Origin: Desulfomonilia bacterium | Lineage (GTDB): Bacteria > Desulfobacterota > Desulfomonilia > UBA1062 | Direction of reading: 5' to 3' | NCBI GenBank assembly: GCA_963664325.2 | Contig: CAXXDQ010000007.1 | Coordinates: forward strand, 704,001-768,000 | DNA: 64,000 nt | Shown: positions 18,500 to 29,499 of the stretch, in pieces | Position numbering within the stretch: position 1 is the first letter of the stretch | How the letters are laid out: each line of letters opens with the position of its first letter | Notes under the pieces: generated by a model | Database searches by the model: none | What the model saw: only the letters and a program-made list of their open reading frames with translations | What the model was told of the DNA's origin: nothing | Position numbers and translations under genes: made by a program

Positions 18500-18892
18500 T
18501 TATACCCTGCGTTTCTTTGGTGGTCTGCAACCGTTGTGAGGGATAGGCGTAATATCCCTTATGCCTGAAATCCTTATTCCACTTGCATAAATCGCTCTAA
18601 GTGCCGATTCTCTGCCGCTGCCCGGACCTTTAATATATGCGTAAACACTTTTTATACCGGTCTCAAGTGCTTTCTTGCATGCTTCTTGCGCTGCGACCTG
18701 AGCAGCAAACGGTGTGCTCTTCCGGGATCCCTTGAACCCCTGTGAACCTGCACTCGACCAAGCTATTGTATTCCCCTGCAGGTCGGTTATAGTAATGACT
18801 GTGTTGTTGAATGTTGCCTGAATATGTGCGGCGCCTTCAGAAATATCCTTCTTTAATTTCTTTTTAACTGTTCTCTGTCTTGGATTTGCCAT
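18500..18892 (-). CDS. rpsK: 30S ribosomal protein S11
   Basis: [25 protein letters not shown]. Confidence 0.99.
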   Translation of the reverse strand: MANPRQRTVKKKLKKDISEGAAHIQATFNNTVITITDLQGNTIAWSSAGSQGFKGSRKSTPFAAQVAAQEACKKALETGIKSVYAYIKGPGSGRESALRAIYASGIRISGIRDITPIPHNGCRPPKKRRV

Positions 18893-18909
18893 TGCAATTA
18901 CCCCTTAGG

Positions 18910-19278
18910 CTACTTCTTTTTACCGACAACAAGGCGTCTCGGGCCTTTTCTTGTCCTGGCATTATTATGCGTATGCTGTCCCCTGCTCGGCAACCCTTTA
19001 CGATGGCGGATTCCCCTGTATGAAGCGATATCCATAAGTCTTCTGATGTTCATAGACACATCACGTCTCAGATCGCCTTCCACAACCAGGTTGGCTCCTA
19101 TATAATCTCTTATAACGGCCACTTCATGTTCCGACAGATCATCACTCTTTTTGCCTGGGTCAACTTTTGCTGCTTTCAGGATTTCCAGGGCACTTGTTCT
19201 GCCTATACCGTAAATATAGGTAAGTGCGATCTCAATCCTCTTGTTCCTCGGTAAATCCACACCTGCAATTCTTGCCAA
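18910..19278 (-). CDS. rpsM: 30S ribosomal protein S13
   Basis: [22 protein letters not shown]; TTG start with GGAGG RBS. Confidence 0.99.
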   Translation of the reverse strand: MARIAGVDLPRNKRIEIALTYIYGIGRTSALEILKAAKVDPGKKSDDLSEHEVAVIRDYIGANLVVEGDLRRDVSMNIRRLMDIASYRGIRHRKGLPSRGQHTHNNARTRKGPRRLVVGKKK

Positions 19279-19289
19279 TTGCCGCCTCC

Positions 19290-19403
19290 TTAACCTTGTC
19301 TCTGATTATGTCTGGGATTTGTACAAATTACACGAATAATCCCGCTTCGTTTAATTATTTTACAATTCCTGCATCTTTTTTTTATTGATGCTTTGACTTT
19401 CAT
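19290..19403 (-). CDS. rpmJ: 50S ribosomal protein L36 (below ORF-track cutoff)
   Basis: Hand translation [37 protein letters not shown]. Confidence 0.97.
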   Translation of the reverse strand: MKVKASIKKRCRNCKIIKRSGIIRVICTNPRHNQRQG

Positions 19404-19415
19404 ATAACACCTACC

Positions 19416-19631
19416 TTACTTTGTTCTGTAAACAATTCGTCCCTTACCAGGATCATATGGTGATATTTCAACCTGCACCTTATCTCCGGGAAGTATTCTG
19501 ATATAATGCATTCTCATCTTTCCCGAGATGTGGGCCAGTATCTTATGTCCATTACTCAGTTCCACCAGAAACATTGCATTCGGCAGCGGCTCTATCACTA
19601 CTCCTTCGGTTTCAATTACGTCTTTTCCCAT
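19416..19631 (-). CDS. infA: Translation initiation factor IF-1
   Basis: [22 protein letters not shown]. Confidence 0.99.
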   Translation of the reverse strand: MGKDVIETEGVVIEPLPNAMFLVELSNGHKILAHISGKMRMHYIRILPGDKVQVEISPYDPGKGRIVYRTK

Positions 19632-19640
19632 AAAAACGTA

Positions 19641-20291
19641 TTATGCCCCTATTGCTGCTGTAATAGCCTTCTCAACTGCTTCCATGGAGCCGGTTCCGTC
19701 AACTTTTCTTACAATCCCCTTTGCTGAGTAATATTCAATAAGAGGTGACGTCTGATTATGATAATTTGTGAGTCTCTGTCTGATAGTCGCTTCCTTATCG
19801 TCATCTCTTATATATAATTCGCTTCCGCATTTATCGCATTTACCTTCAACCTTTGGCTTAAATGTTACCACGTGATGCATGTTGCCGCATGCGCTGTTAC
19901 GGCATGTCAATCTTCCGGTCAGCCTGCTTACCAGAAAATCATCCGGAACGTCAATCACTACAACATGGTCCAGCTTTGATGTTGACTTTGCCAGCAGTTC
20001 ATCAAGAGCCCTAGCCTGTTCAAGTGTTCTCGGAAAACCATCAAGTACATATCCTTTTTTGCAATCGTCTTTTTTAAGCCTTTCCCCAACAACGCCAATT
20101 ACGACCTCATCAGGAACAAGACCGCCTTTATCCATATATTCTTTTGCTTTAAGGCCCATTGGTGTACCTTCCTTCACTGCTGCCCTGAACATATCTCCGG
20201 TTGATATCTGTGGCACGCCAAGACGGTCTATCATTCTTTTTGCCTGTGTTCCTTTTCCTGCCCCCGGTGGTCCGATCAGAATTATATTCAT
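19641..20291 (-). CDS. adk: Adenylate kinase
   Basis: GPPGAGKGTQ, STGDMFR, LDGFPRT; Cys-containing LID. Confidence 0.99.
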   Translation of the reverse strand: MNIILIGPPGAGKGTQAKRMIDRLGVPQISTGDMFRAAVKEGTPMGLKAKEYMDKGGLVPDEVVIGVVGERLKKDDCKKGYVLDGFPRTLEQARALDELLAKSTSKLDHVVVIDVPDDFLVSRLTGRLTCRNSACGNMHHVVTFKPKVEGKCDKCGSELYIRDDDKEATIRQRLTNYHNQTSPLIEYYSAKGIVRKVDGTGSMEAVEKAITAAIGA

Positions 20292-20311
20292 AAGTCCTCC
20301 TGTTATATTTA

Positions 20312-21625
20312 TCAGCGCCTGGATTTTATGCGGCCCATCTTAAGCAGACCTTCGTAATTCCTTGATATCATATGAGATTCAATCTGGCTCATGGTATCAA
20401 GTGCAACTCCGACAACAATCAAGAGGGAAGTCCCTCCGAAATAGAACGGTACGTTAGCCCATGATGTAAGTATTGACGGCAACACGCATACAATGCTCAA
20501 ATATAAAGCACCAACGAGGGTGAGCCTTGATAAAACCTTGTCAAGATAATCTGATGTGGCTTTGCCCGGCCTGATTCCAGGAATATATCCGCCATATTTT
20601 TTCAGGTTCTCTGAAACATCAATAGGGTTGAAAACAACCGCCGTATAAAAATAGGTAAAGAATATGATTAAAACAACATATATCAGGTTGTAAATAATAT
20701 TCCCCCTTGTGAGAATGTGGGAAAAAGTCTTCATCCACGATACATTCGGGAAGAATTGCGCAATAGTGGCAGGAAATACTATCAGTGACGAAGCAAATAT
20801 CGGAGGTATAACACCTGAAACGTTTAGCTTTAGCGGCAAGTGGGTATTCTGACCGCCATAAACACGCCTTCCTCGAATCTGTTTTGGGTACTGAATAGGA
20901 ATCCTGCGCTGCGATGTTTCCATAAACACAATGCCTGCTATAGCGGCTACCGCAACTATTATAACAGCGAGCAGTGCAAAGAGTGAGAGCTCACCTGTCC
21001 ATGCAAGTCTCCCGGTATTTATAATAGCCAGAGGAAGCCTTGCTACGATTCCGGCAAATATAATCAGAGAAATCCCATTCCCGATTCCCCGCTCTGTTAT
21101 CTGCTCCCCGAGCCACATCAGAAAACACGTTCCTGCTGTAAGAGTAAGCGTTGAAATTATTCTAAATGCAAATCCCGGATTGTATGCGACTGTATCGCCC
21201 CCAGGACCTGTCATGGATTCTATACCCATTGTCATGAAGTATCCCTGCACAAGGCAAAGGGCTACAGTTAAATATTTTGTATACTGGCTTAATTTCTGCC
21301 TTCCTGAAGGCCCTTCCTTCTGTAACTGTTCGAATCTGGGGTATACCATTCCAAGCAATTGAACGATGATCGAGGCACTGATATATGGCATGATCCCCAA
21401 TGCAAAGATAGACAGGGTCCTCAAACCGCCACCTGAAAACATGTCAAACATTCCAAGAAGGGTGCCTGCCTGAGCTTCGAACCATTCCTGCATCATGGCG
21501 ACATTGATTCCCGGTGTAGGTATATGGATGCCAATACGATACACAAGCAGCATCGTAAGTGTAAAAACAATCCTCCTGGTCAATTCAGACATGTTATCTT
21601 TAACATTTTCAATTGCTGAGGCCAC
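20312..21625 (-). CDS. secY: Preprotein translocase SecY
   Basis: LGIMPYISASII, GIGNGISLIIF, IPGIRPG, FGGTSLLI. Confidence 0.99.
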   Translation of the reverse strand: MASAIENVKDNMSELTRRIVFTLTMLLVYRIGIHIPTPGINVAMMQEWFEAQAGTLLGMFDMFSGGGLRTLSIFALGIMPYISASIIVQLLGMVYPRFEQLQKEGPSGRQKLSQYTKYLTVALCLVQGYFMTMGIESMTGPGGDTVAYNPGFAFRIISTLTLTAGTCFLMWLGEQITERGIGNGISLIIFAGIVARLPLAIINTGRLAWTGELSLFALLAVIIVAVAAIAGIVFMETSQRRIPIQYPKQIRGRRVYGGQNTHLPLKLNVSGVIPPIFASSLIVFPATIAQFFPNVSWMKTFSHILTRGNIIYNLIYVVLIIFFTYFYTAVVFNPIDVSENLKKYGGYIPGIRPGKATSDYLDKVLSRLTLVGALYLSIVCVLPSILTSWANVPFYFGGTSLLIVVGVALDTMSQIESHMISRNYEGLLKMGRIKSRR

Positions 21626-21636
21626 TTATTACTCCT

Positions 21637-22077
21637 TTATAGAGTTTCGAATTTTCCGCCAGCTTTTTCTATCTTCTCGATTGCGGCCTTTGATGCCCTG
21701 TCCAGCTTTACTGTGAGCGCAATATTGATATCGCCTTCTGCAAGGAGTTTTACCATTCCTTGCTTTCTTAAAATCCCATTTTCAATCAGAGCAGCTTTAT
21801 CTACAATACTTCCAGGTTCAAACCCTGAAAGGTCTTTAATATTTACAGCAACAAATTCTTTTCTGAATGGATTCTTAAATCCACGTTTCGGAAGCCTTCT
21901 GTAAATGGGCATCTGCCCGCCTTCAAACCATCCGGGTATTGATGCTCCGGACCTTGCCTTCTGTCCTTTATGGCCCTTGCCTGAAGTGCCTCCTGTACCG
22001 GATGCATCTCCCCTGCCCAGCCTCTTGGAATTCTTTCTTGAGCCTGCCGCCGGAGTCAGATTGGATAAATTCAACAT
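21637..22077 (-). CDS. rplO: 50S ribosomal protein L15
   Basis: GHKGQKARSG, FEGGQMP.YRRLPKRGF; start set to ATG 22077. Confidence 0.97.
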   Translation of the reverse strand: MLNLSNLTPAAGSRKNSKRLGRGDASGTGGTSGKGHKGQKARSGASIPGWFEGGQMPIYRRLPKRGFKNPFRKEFVAVNIKDLSGFEPGSIVDKAALIENGILRKQGMVKLLAEGDINIALTVKLDRASKAAIEKIEKAGGKFETL

Positions 22078-22079
22078 GA

Positions 22080-22262
22080 TTATACCTCCTCGCAATCAAC
22101 AAGATGGCCAACTATCTTTAAGGCACCTTTTGCTGCGGGTAAATCCTCAAGTATTTTCGTACTTCCGCGTTTTCTCAATCCGAGTGATTTTACGGTTTCC
22201 TTCTGCTTTTTCGTGCAGCCGATTACCGAACCTTTCAATGTTACTTTTATCTGAGCAGCCAC
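22080..22262 (-). CDS. rpmD: 50S ribosomal protein L30
   Basis: IKVTL..S.IG, LGLRK, V.HLV; position in spc cluster. Confidence 0.95.
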   Translation of the reverse strand: MAAQIKVTLKGSVIGCTKKQKETVKSLGLRKRGSTKILEDLPAAKGALKIVGHLVDCEEV

Positions 22263-22291
22263 TGTCTCTACCTCTTTATTGTATTTTTGCC

Positions 22292-22789
22292 CTATCCGAT
22301 TTCCTTGCCGCGTTTCTCAGCAACTTTATCTTTTGTCTGGAGACGCAGCAGCGCATCAAATGTGGCCTGAATAACATTGTGATGGTTCCTTGATCCCAGC
22401 GTTTTGGCAACCACATTATGAATACCTGCTGCTTCCATAACGGCGCGGACTGCATTTCCCGCAATTATGCCTGTACCTGTAGGTGCCGGCTTGAGTAATA
22501 CCCTGCCCGCTCCGCTGATACCGATGATGGTATGGGGAATAGTTCCTTCAACAATGGGAACATCAATCATAGCTTTCTTGGCGACCTCTACTCCCTTGCG
22601 GATACTGATCGATACTTCCCTTGCTTTTCCGATTCCATGTCCAACTTTACCGTTGCCGTTACCGACAACAGTAAGTGCACTGAACCTGAATCTTTTTCCG
22701 CCTTTGACAACCTTTGAAACCCTGTTTACAAAGACCACTTTGTCTATGAATTGCTCGCCGTTTTCTTCAAGTATTTCGTAATTAGCCAA
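22292..22789 (-). CDS. rpsE: 30S ribosomal protein S5
   Basis: NRVSKVVKGGKRFRFSAL, PA..GTGIIAG. Confidence 0.98.
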   Translation of the reverse strand: MANYEILEENGEQFIDKVVFVNRVSKVVKGGKRFRFSALTVVGNGNGKVGHGIGKAREVSISIRKGVEVAKKAMIDVPIVEGTIPHTIIGISGAGRVLLKPAPTGTGIIAGNAVRAVMEAAGIHNVVAKTLGSRNHHNVIQATFDALLRLQTKDKVAEKRGKEIG

Positions 22790-22804
22790 AAGACTTCTCC
22801 TTGT

Positions 22805-23167
22805 TTAGAACTTCAGGCCGCCTTCACGTGCCGCCTCGGCCAGTGCCTTTATCTTCCCATGATATCTATAACCGCTACGGTCAAATATGACCTGCTCTAT
22901 ACCCTTTCCCTTGGCTTTTTCCGCAAGTAGAAGACCAACCTGTTTCGCTGTCTCTTTTGTCAAGCCTTTTACTTTGTCCTTTAATTCTACGCTCAAACTT
23001 GAAGCTGATGCCAGTGTATGTCCATGTGTATCATCAATAATCTGAGAATAAATATGCCTGTTTCCCCTGTATACGCTAAGCCGCGGTCTCTCAGGTGTCC
23101 CGTCTATTTTCCTTCTTACCCTGGACTTCCTTAACAGAAGCGCTTCTTTCGGTGCTATTTTACTCAC
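22805..23167 (-). CDS. rplR: 50S ribosomal protein L18
   Basis: [23 protein letters not shown]; start set to GTG 23167 behind AGGAG. Confidence 0.97.
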   Translation of the reverse strand: MSKIAPKEALLLRKSRVRRKIDGTPERPRLSVYRGNRHIYSQIIDDTHGHTLASASSLSVELKDKVKGLTKETAKQVGLLLAEKAKGKGIEQVIFDRSGYRYHGKIKALAEAAREGGLKF

Positions 23168-23177
23168 TTTATTCTCC

Positions 23178-23723
23178 TTATTTGCCCTTAGCCGCACTCT
23201 TGCCTGGTTTAATTCTGACATTTTCATCAAGATACCTGATACCTTTTCCCTTATAGGAATCAGGCGGCCTGATTTTTCTTATCTGGGAGGCAACGTCACC
23301 TAAAAGTTCATTGTCAATCCCCATCAAATCGATAACGCCTTCTTTAGAAACAGAAGCTTTTATCCCCTTCGGTAAAGCATACTCTACCGGATGTGAATAA
23401 CCAACGTTAAGGATTAATGAATCGCCCTTTGTTTCCCCACGGTATCCAATACCGACTATTCTGAGCCTCTTCGCAAAGCCTTCGGAAACTCCTTTTACCA
23501 TATTGTTTGTCAGGGCCCTCATCATTCCGTGAAAGGCTAATGTCTGTCTCATTTCATCGAGAGGCAAAAAGGTTAGAGTGTTTCCGTCAATCTTCATTTC
23601 CATATTGCCAATCAGCTGTTTAGACAATTCACCTTTAGGTCCCTTAACTTTGATTACATCGCCGTTTAATGTTACCTTAACTCCATCCGGGATTATGATG
23701 GGCATTTTGCCAATTCGTGACAT
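23178..23723 (-). CDS. rplF: 50S ribosomal protein L6
   Basis: [27 protein letters not shown]. Confidence 0.99.
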   Translation of the reverse strand: MSRIGKMPIIIPDGVKVTLNGDVIKVKGPKGELSKQLIGNMEMKIDGNTLTFLPLDEMRQTLAFHGMMRALTNNMVKGVSEGFAKRLRIVGIGYRGETKGDSLILNVGYSHPVEYALPKGIKASVSKEGVIDLMGIDNELLGDVASQIRKIRPPDSYKGKGIRYLDENVRIKPGKSAAKGK

Positions 23724-23734
23724 CTTAAATCTCC

Positions 23735-24127
23735 TTACCAGACCTTAATCAGAAGTTCTCCGCCAATGTTCATGTCTTTTGCCTTGCTGTCGGTCATAAT
23801 ACCTTTTGACGTGCTTAATATTGATATGCCAAGACCATCCATTACACTGGGGATCTCATCAGCACCTATATATACTCTTCTTCCCGGCTTTGATATCCGA
23901 TCCATACCGGTTACAACATGCTTTGAATTATGATACTTCAGGTTGACTCTGAGTAAACCTTGTTTTGAATCTTCAATGAATTTGTAGCCCTTGATATATC
24001 CTTCCCTCAGGAGAATATCGGCAACGGCGAGCTTAACCTTTGACGCAGGAATATCAACACTTTCAAGCATTACCCCTGCACCGTTTTTTATTCTTGTTAT
24101 CATGTCTGCTATTGGATCGGTTACCAT
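23735..24127 (-). CDS. rpsH: 30S ribosomal protein S8
   Basis: DPIADM.TRI.N, SKPGRRVY, STSKG, GGE. Confidence 0.99.
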   Translation of the reverse strand: MVTDPIADMITRIKNGAGVMLESVDIPASKVKLAVADILLREGYIKGYKFIEDSKQGLLRVNLKYHNSKHVVTGMDRISKPGRRVYIGADEIPSVMDGLGISILSTSKGIMTDSKAKDMNIGGELLIKVW

Positions 24128-24137
24128 TTTGCTCCCC

Positions 24138-24323
24138 TTACCAGCTTGATTTTTTCATGCCGGGTATCTCGCCCTTCATGGCCATATTACGCAAACATAT
24201 CCTGCACATCCCAAACTTTCTGTAATATGCCCTCGGCCTTCCGCATATCTGGCAGCGGTTGTACTTTCTTACCCTGAACGCCGGCGTCCTTTTGGCCTTT
24301 GCTATTATCGATTTTTTGGCCAT
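24138..24323 (-). CDS. rpsZ: 30S ribosomal protein S14, type Z (zinc-binding)
   Basis: 61 aa, RC..CGRPR...RKFG.CRIC.R. Confidence 0.97.
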   Translation of the reverse strand: MAKKSIIAKAKRTPAFRVRKYNRCQICGRPRAYYRKFGMCRICLRNMAMKGEIPGMKKSSW

Positions 24324-24328
24324 TTCTA

Positions 24329-24868
24329 CTACCTCCTGAACGGCATGCCGAAAGCGGTAAGAAGACTTTTTCCTTCCTCATCCGATTCCGCGGTTGTAAC
24401 AACTGTTATGTTCATGCCCCGAGCTTTATCAATTTTATCATATGGTATCTCAGGAAATACGCCCTGATCTTTCAAACCGAGTGTATAGTTGCCCCTTCCA
24501 TCAAATCCGTTGGGCGAGATCCCTCTAAAATCTCTGAGACGTGGCAGAACTGCATTAACGAGTCTATCAAGAAACTCATACATTCGCGCACCCCTAAGAG
24601 TAACTGCGCACCCTATGGACATACCTTCTCTAAGCTTGAATGATGCAATAGATTTACGTGCCTTGGTTACCACAGGTTTCTGTCCTGTTATGAGTGAAAG
24701 CTCTTCCAATGCCTTGTCTATTATTTTTACATCCTGGACAGCATCACCAAGCCCCATGTTTATAGTAATTTTTTTCAAAGACGGTACCTGGTTGATGTTC
24801 TTATACCCGAACTCTTTTATAAGTGCAGGTACCACTTGTTTTCTATAATGTTCAATAAGTCTGGCCAT
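24329..24868 (-). CDS. rplE: 50S ribosomal protein L5
   Basis: [26 protein letters not shown]. Confidence 0.99.
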   Translation of the reverse strand: MARLIEHYRKQVVPALIKEFGYKNINQVPSLKKITINMGLGDAVQDVKIIDKALEELSLITGQKPVVTKARKSIASFKLREGMSIGCAVTLRGARMYEFLDRLVNAVLPRLRDFRGISPNGFDGRGNYTLGLKDQGVFPEIPYDKIDKARGMNITVVTTAESDEEGKSLLTAFGMPFRR

Positions 24869-24877
24869 AATACCCTC

Positions 24878-25210
24878 TTACTTTGTTTCAAGCTCTTCGC
24901 CGCAACTCTTGCACACTCTGACCTTAACCCCGTCATCATGAACCTTGTGCCCAATGCGGACACCCTTGTTGCACTTTGTACAGAAAAGAGCAACGTTTGA
25001 GATGCTTATTCCTGCTTCTTTCTCCACAATGCCGCCCTGAGAATTCTTTGCGGGCTTCTGATGTTTCTTTATCATGTTAACCCGCTCAACAAGAACTCTG
25101 TTCTTTTTTGTTTGCATCTTGATAACCTTGCCGCGCTTGCCTGCATTTTTACCAGCGAGGACGACTATGGCATCTCCTTTTTTAATCTTTGCTGACTCAT
25201 GTTTCGGCAT
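24878..25210 (-). CDS. rplX: 50S ribosomal protein L24
   Basis: IKKGD..V.LAGK..GKRG, GGI..KEA.I..SNV; start set to ATG 25210. Confidence 0.96.
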   Translation of the reverse strand: MPKHESAKIKKGDAIVVLAGKNAGKRGKVIKMQTKKNRVLVERVNMIKKHQKPAKNSQGGIVEKEAGISISNVALFCTKCNKGVRIGHKVHDDGVKVRVCKSCGEELETK

Positions 25211-25220
25211 TTCCGTCCCC

Positions 25221-25589
25221 CTAAAGAACCTCTGGTGCCAGAGAAACAATCTTCATGAATTTCTTAGCCCTTAATTCTCTGGCAACAGGCCCGAATATGC
25301 GTGTTCCTACAGGTTCATTCTGGTTGTTCAATATCACGGCAGAATTTTCATCAAACCTGATGCATGAACCATCAGAACGTTTAAATGTCTTTGCCGTCCT
25401 GACAACTACGGCTTTATGCACATCGCCTTTTTTGACTTTTGAATTGGGCATCGCATCTTTCACACTGACAACAATAATGTCACCAAGTGATGCATATCTT
25501 CTCCTTGTCCCGCCAAGAACTTTGATGCACATTAATTCTTTGGCACCGGAGTTATCTGCAACCTTAAGCCTTGTCTGCTGCTGTATCAT
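25221..25589 (-). CDS. rplN: 50S ribosomal protein L14
   Basis: [27 protein letters not shown]. Confidence 0.99.
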   Translation of the reverse strand: MIQQQTRLKVADNSGAKELMCIKVLGGTRRRYASLGDIIVVSVKDAMPNSKVKKGDVHKAVVVRTAKTFKRSDGSCIRFDENSAVILNNQNEPVGTRIFGPVARELRAKKFMKIVSLAPEVL

Positions 25590-25607
25590 AAAGAGCCTCC
25601 GCTATTC

Positions 25608-25862
25608 CTAGTCCTGCCGCTCAACAATCTTTACAACCCTCCAGCATTTATCTTTGCTCAAAGGTTTGCATTCACGTATCCTTACACGATCACCAGCTTT
25701 GCATTCATTTTTTTCATCATGGGCCATGAATTTGCGTCTCCTGCGGATGTATTTCTTGAATACAGGGTGTTTTTCAAGTCTTTCGATTGTTACAACAACA
25801 GTTTTTTCCATCCTGTCACTGGAGACAATCCCTTCAAGCTCCATTTTCCTGGATTTTTCCAT
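25608..25862 (-). CDS. rpsQ: 30S ribosomal protein S17
   Basis: G.V.SD.M.KT.VV, AHDE.N, PLSK.K.W. Confidence 0.98.
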   Translation of the reverse strand: MEKSRKMELEGIVSSDRMEKTVVVTIERLEKHPVFKKYIRRRRKFMAHDEKNECKAGDRVRIRECKPLSKDKCWRVVKIVERQD

Positions 25863-26047
25863 TACTGCCTCTCCCTGATGATAGTGTTGATCCTTGCCAT
25901 ATCTCGACGGAGTTTAACCAGCTGGCTTTTGTCATTTAACTGGGACATTGTATTTTTAAACTTCCCATCCATGATGTCCCTCTTCATCTTCTCCATCATC
26001 ACACTGAGTTCCTGATTCGTTTTTTCCCTTATTTTACTGGCCTTCAT
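25862..26047 (-). CDS. rpmC: 50S ribosomal protein L29
   Basis: MKA..IRE, RRD.ARI.T; position in S10 cluster. Confidence 0.95.
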   Translation of the reverse strand: MKASKIREKTNQELSVMMEKMKRDIMDGKFKNTMSQLNDKSQLVKLRRDMARINTIIRERQ

Positions 26048-26459
26048 TTAGACCCTCCCTGAAAGCAAATTTTGTCTTTAGGGGAAGCTTATGTGATGCA
26101 AGCCTGAAAGCCTCTTTAGCCTGGTCTATTGTAACACCGTCAATCTCAAACATGATTCTGCCGGGTTTGACAACAGCTACCCATTCCTCCGGTGCACCTT
26201 TTCCTTTTCCCATTCTTGTTTCAGCCGGCTTTTTGGTTATCGGTTTGTCAGGGAATATTCTTATCCAGGTCTGACCGCCTCTTTTAACATACCTGTTTAT
26301 TGCAATACGGGCTGCCTCAATCTGTCTTGCAGTAATCCAATGCGGTTCAATAGCCTGAAGCCCGTAGCTCCCAAAAGAAACCTTTGAGCCTTTCTCCGGA
26401 CTCCCTTTCATGCGCCCCCGCATCTGTTTCCTGTGTTTAACCTTGCTTGGCATTAACAT
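26034..26459 (-). CDS. rplP: 50S ribosomal protein L16
   Basis: [30 protein letters not shown]. Confidence 0.99.
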   Translation of the reverse strand: MLMPSKVKHRKQMRGRMKGSPEKGSKVSFGSYGLQAIEPHWITARQIEAARIAINRYVKRGGQTWIRIFPDKPITKKPAETRMGKGKGAPEEWVAVVKPGRIMFEIDGVTIDQAKEAFRLASHKLPLKTKFAFREGLNEGQ

Positions 26460-26477
26460 GGCCTGATTTCTCCTCTT

Positions 26478-27125
26478 CTAAGCTTTTGCTTCTTCTCTTC
26501 CTTTTATTATTTCGCCATGATACACCCACACTTTCACACCGATCACTCCATAAACCGTATTTGCTTCAGAGAATCCGTAATCGATATCAGCCCTGAGTGT
26601 TTGAAGCGGCACCCTGCCTTCGCGGTACCATTCACGGCGTGCAATTTCAGCACCCGCCAGTCTTCCTGAGCAGGCAACTTTGATTCCTTGTGCACCGAGT
26701 CTTAGCGCTTGTGAAACGGCTTTTTTCATTGCCCTTCTGAAGGCAACTCGTCTTTCAAGCTGGTTCGCAATACCTTCGGAAACTATCTGTGCATCCGCCT
26801 CAGGTCTTCTGACTTCTTTTATTTCAAGCATTATCTCTTTGTTAACAAGTTTTGCCAAATTGCTTCTCAGTTCTTCAGTGCCCTGGCCTTTTCTTCCAAT
26901 TACCAACCCTGGTCTGCCTGTATGGATTATTACCTTAACCTTGTTTGCAGCTCTTTCAATTGAGATGCTTGATATACCTGTTCTTTTTAATTTATTTGAA
27001 ATGAACTTACGTATCTTGTTGTCCTCAAGAAGTAGTTCACTGTAGTTTTTCTCGGCAAACCATTTTGCCTTCCACTCCTTTGTGATTCCCAGCCTGTATC
27101 CGTATGGATGTATTTTCTGTCCCAC
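26478..27125 (-). CDS. rpsC: 30S ribosomal protein S3
   Basis: [30 protein letters not shown]. Confidence 0.99.
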   Translation of the reverse strand: MGQKIHPYGYRLGITKEWKAKWFAEKNYSELLLEDNKIRKFISNKLKRTGISSISIERAANKVKVIIHTGRPGLVIGRKGQGTEELRSNLAKLVNKEIMLEIKEVRRPEADAQIVSEGIANQLERRVAFRRAMKKAVSQALRLGAQGIKVACSGRLAGAEIARREWYREGRVPLQTLRADIDYGFSEANTVYGVIGVKVWVYHGEIIKGREEAKA

Positions 27126-27139
27126 GAATTGCCCCTTTC

Positions 27140-27472
27140 CTATAACTCGTCAAGCACAACCGAAATATGGCTTGTTCTTTTCAATATTCTGGTTGCCCTT
27201 CCTTGTGCCCTCGGCATAAATCTTTTCAAGGTTACACCTCCATCAATCTGAATCGATTTGACAAACAGATTGTCCACATCCACCATTCCTGACTGCAGGG
27301 CATTTGCTACTGCAGAATTGATGACTTTCGCAACAATACCTGAGCGTTTATTCTGCATCAGTTTAAGCATTGTAAGTGCATCGGAAACAGGTTTTCCTCT
27401 CACTTCATCCACAATCAGTCTTGCCTTACGCGGCGAAACTCTTGTATGCCTCAATACTGCTTTGGATTCCAT
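27140..27472 (-). CDS. rplV: 50S ribosomal protein L22
   Basis: SPRKARL, PRAQGRA..I.KRTSHI. Confidence 0.99.
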   Translation of the reverse strand: MESKAVLRHTRVSPRKARLIVDEVRGKPVSDALTMLKLMQNKRSGIVAKVINSAVANALQSGMVDVDNLFVKSIQIDGGVTLKRFMPRAQGRATRILKRTSHISVVLDEL

Positions 27473-27475
27473 AGC

Positions 27476-27757
27476 TTACCCCTTCTTCTGCGCTTTCCTG
27501 TCTGCGGCATGGCCATAGAACGTCCTGGTAGGTGAAAATTCACCAAGTTTGTGTCCGACCATTTCCTCCGTAACATATACAGGAATGAATTTACGTCCGT
27601 TATAAACTGCAAGTGTCAATCCAACGAATTCGGGTAGAATGGTTGATCTTCTTGACCATGTTTTTATAACCTTGTTCGTGCCGCTTTCCTTGGCCTCGAG
27701 CACCTTTTTCAAAAGGTGATCATCAATGAAGGGCCCTTTTTTTAATGAACGGCTCAC
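27476..27757 (-). CDS. rpsS: 30S ribosomal protein S19
   Basis: [25 protein letters not shown]. Confidence 0.99.
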   Translation of the reverse strand: MSRSLKKGPFIDDHLLKKVLEAKESGTNKVIKTWSRRSTILPEFVGLTLAVYNGRKFIPVYVTEEMVGHKLGEFSPTRTFYGHAADRKAQKKG

Positions 27758-27760
27758 GTT

Positions 27761-28582
27761 TTAGTTCCTCCTCTTAACAATATCCTTGTTTGAACCCTTT
27801 GATTTTTTTCTGGTCTTATGTCCTTTAGTTGATATACCCCATGGAGTTACCGGATGATTTCCTTTTACACGTCCTTCTCCCCCTCCATGCGGATGATCAA
27901 CCGGATTCATTGCAACACCTCTGACAGTTGGCCTTATACCCAGCCACCTGCTGCGCCCGGCTTTTCCGACTGTTATATTAGAGTGACTTGAGTTTCCGAC
28001 CTGACCAATCGTTGCTTTGCAGACTGCCGATACCTTGCGAACTTCTCCGGATGGCATTTTGAGATGTATCTGACCGCCTTCCTTCGCCAGCACCTGCGCA
28101 TATGCACCAGCAGAACGCACCATCTGCCCGCCTTTTCCCGGCCTCATTTCAATATTATGAACGAATGTGCCAAGAGGGATCATCTGAAGCATCATCGAAT
28201 TACCCGGTTTAATATCGGCATCATCACTCGCTATTATCGTACTTCCCACCTGAAGTCCTTCCGGCCAGATAATGTATCTCTTCTCCCCGTCTGCATACTG
28301 TATCAGAGATATCCATGCAGAACGGTTCGGATCGTATTCGATTGTTTTAACCTTGCCCGGAATCCCTGCTTTGTCTCTTTTAAAATCTATGATTCTGTAA
28401 AGCTTCTTATTTCCTCCACCCTGGTGCCTTACAGTAACTCTTCCAAGATTATTACGGCCGCTGCTTCTCTTTAATCTTACAGTTAATGACCTTTCAGGAT
28501 CTGTTGCCGTGATTTCTTCAAAAGTGTTAACGGTCATGAACCGTCTTCCGGCAGATGTAGGTTTAAATCCACGTATGCCCAT
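27761..28582 (-). CDS. rplB: 50S ribosomal protein L2
   Basis: [26 protein letters not shown]. Confidence 0.99.
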   Translation of the reverse strand: MGIRGFKPTSAGRRFMTVNTFEEITATDPERSLTVRLKRSSGRNNLGRVTVRHQGGGNKKLYRIIDFKRDKAGIPGKVKTIEYDPNRSAWISLIQYADGEKRYIIWPEGLQVGSTIIASDDADIKPGNSMMLQMIPLGTFVHNIEMRPGKGGQMVRSAGAYAQVLAKEGGQIHLKMPSGEVRKVSAVCKATIGQVGNSSHSNITVGKAGRSRWLGIRPTVRGVAMNPVDHPHGGGEGRVKGNHPVTPWGISTKGHKTRKKSKGSNKDIVKRRN

Positions 28583-28584
28583 GA

Positions 28585-28875
28585 TTATACCCCTTCATAG
28601 AACTCGATGGTGTCACCCTGTTTCAGGGTAACAACAGCCTTTTTCCAGTCCGAACGCAGGTTTTCCCAGCGACCGAAACGTTTCTTTTTGCCTTTGACAA
28701 GTATAGTCCTTACATCTTCAACGTGAACCTTGAAGAGTTTTTCAACAGCCAGCTTTATTTCAATCTTGTTGGCATTTCTATCAACTGCAAAAATGACCTG
28801 ATTGTTGTCCTGCCTGAGCATAGTCCCTTTTTCCGTTATCAAGGGCTTTTTTATGATTGTCGTAATGTCCTTCAT
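28585..28875 (-). CDS. rplW: 50S ribosomal protein L23
   Basis: [25 protein letters not shown]. Confidence 0.98.
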   Translation of the reverse strand: MKDITTIIKKPLITEKGTMLRQDNNQVIFAVDRNANKIEIKLAVEKLFKVHVEDVRTILVKGKKKRFGRWENLRSDWKKAVVTLKQGDTIEFYEGV

Positions 28876-29495
28876 CAGCTCAACCTCTCTTCAATTATCT
28901 TAACTGCATCAAGGTCAAGCACCAGGCCTTTGTATTTAAGTATGTCATAGACATTGAGTCCCCTGACATCAAGCACCTTGCTTGTTGCATGGTTTCTGGA
29001 GATAAGTGATGTATCAGGCGACATGGAACCTGTAACAACCAGGGCATTATCCATGCCGAGCTTTTCAAGAGCCTTGACATAGTTTTTTGTCTTTATTTCA
29101 TCAAATATTATCTTGTCCACCACCTTAAGTACTGTTTCTCCCGTTTTCATGCTCAGAGCACTTTTTAGAGCCTCTTCTCTGACCTTTTTGGGCAGACCCT
29201 GTTTATATGTTCTCCCATTTGGTCCAAACGTTACTCCGCCCTTTCTCCATAATGGCGAACGGTTTGTACCGGAACGTGCGCGACCAGTGCCTTTCTGTTT
29301 CCAGGGTTTTGTCCCACCGCCAGAAATTTCTGAGCGTGTTTTTGTCTTTGCTGTCGCCAGACGCCTGTTTGATAACTGCCACACAACAGCATCATGAAGA
29401 AGATGCGGTTTGACAACACTTCCAAAAATGCTTTCTGAAAGGATCACCTGGCTTACTTTTTCCCCTGCCAAATTGAATACATCGACCGTAGGCAT
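28875..29495 (-). CDS. rplD: 50S ribosomal protein L4
   Basis: KPWKQKGTGRARSG, GG..FGP. Confidence 0.99.
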   Translation of the reverse strand: MPTVDVFNLAGEKVSQVILSESIFGSVVKPHLLHDAVVWQLSNRRLATAKTKTRSEISGGGTKPWKQKGTGRARSGTNRSPLWRKGGVTFGPNGRTYKQGLPKKVREEALKSALSMKTGETVLKVVDKIIFDEIKTKNYVKALEKLGMDNALVVTGSMSPDTSLISRNHATSKVLDVRGLNVYDILKYKGLVLDLDAVKIIEERLS

Positions 29496-29499
29496 AACT

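Noticed and set aside
22276-22464. 62-aa minus-strand ORF overlapping the rpsE 3' end, suggesting a frameshift
   Set aside because: rpsE is full length in its own frame; the alternative frame has no S5-like sequence
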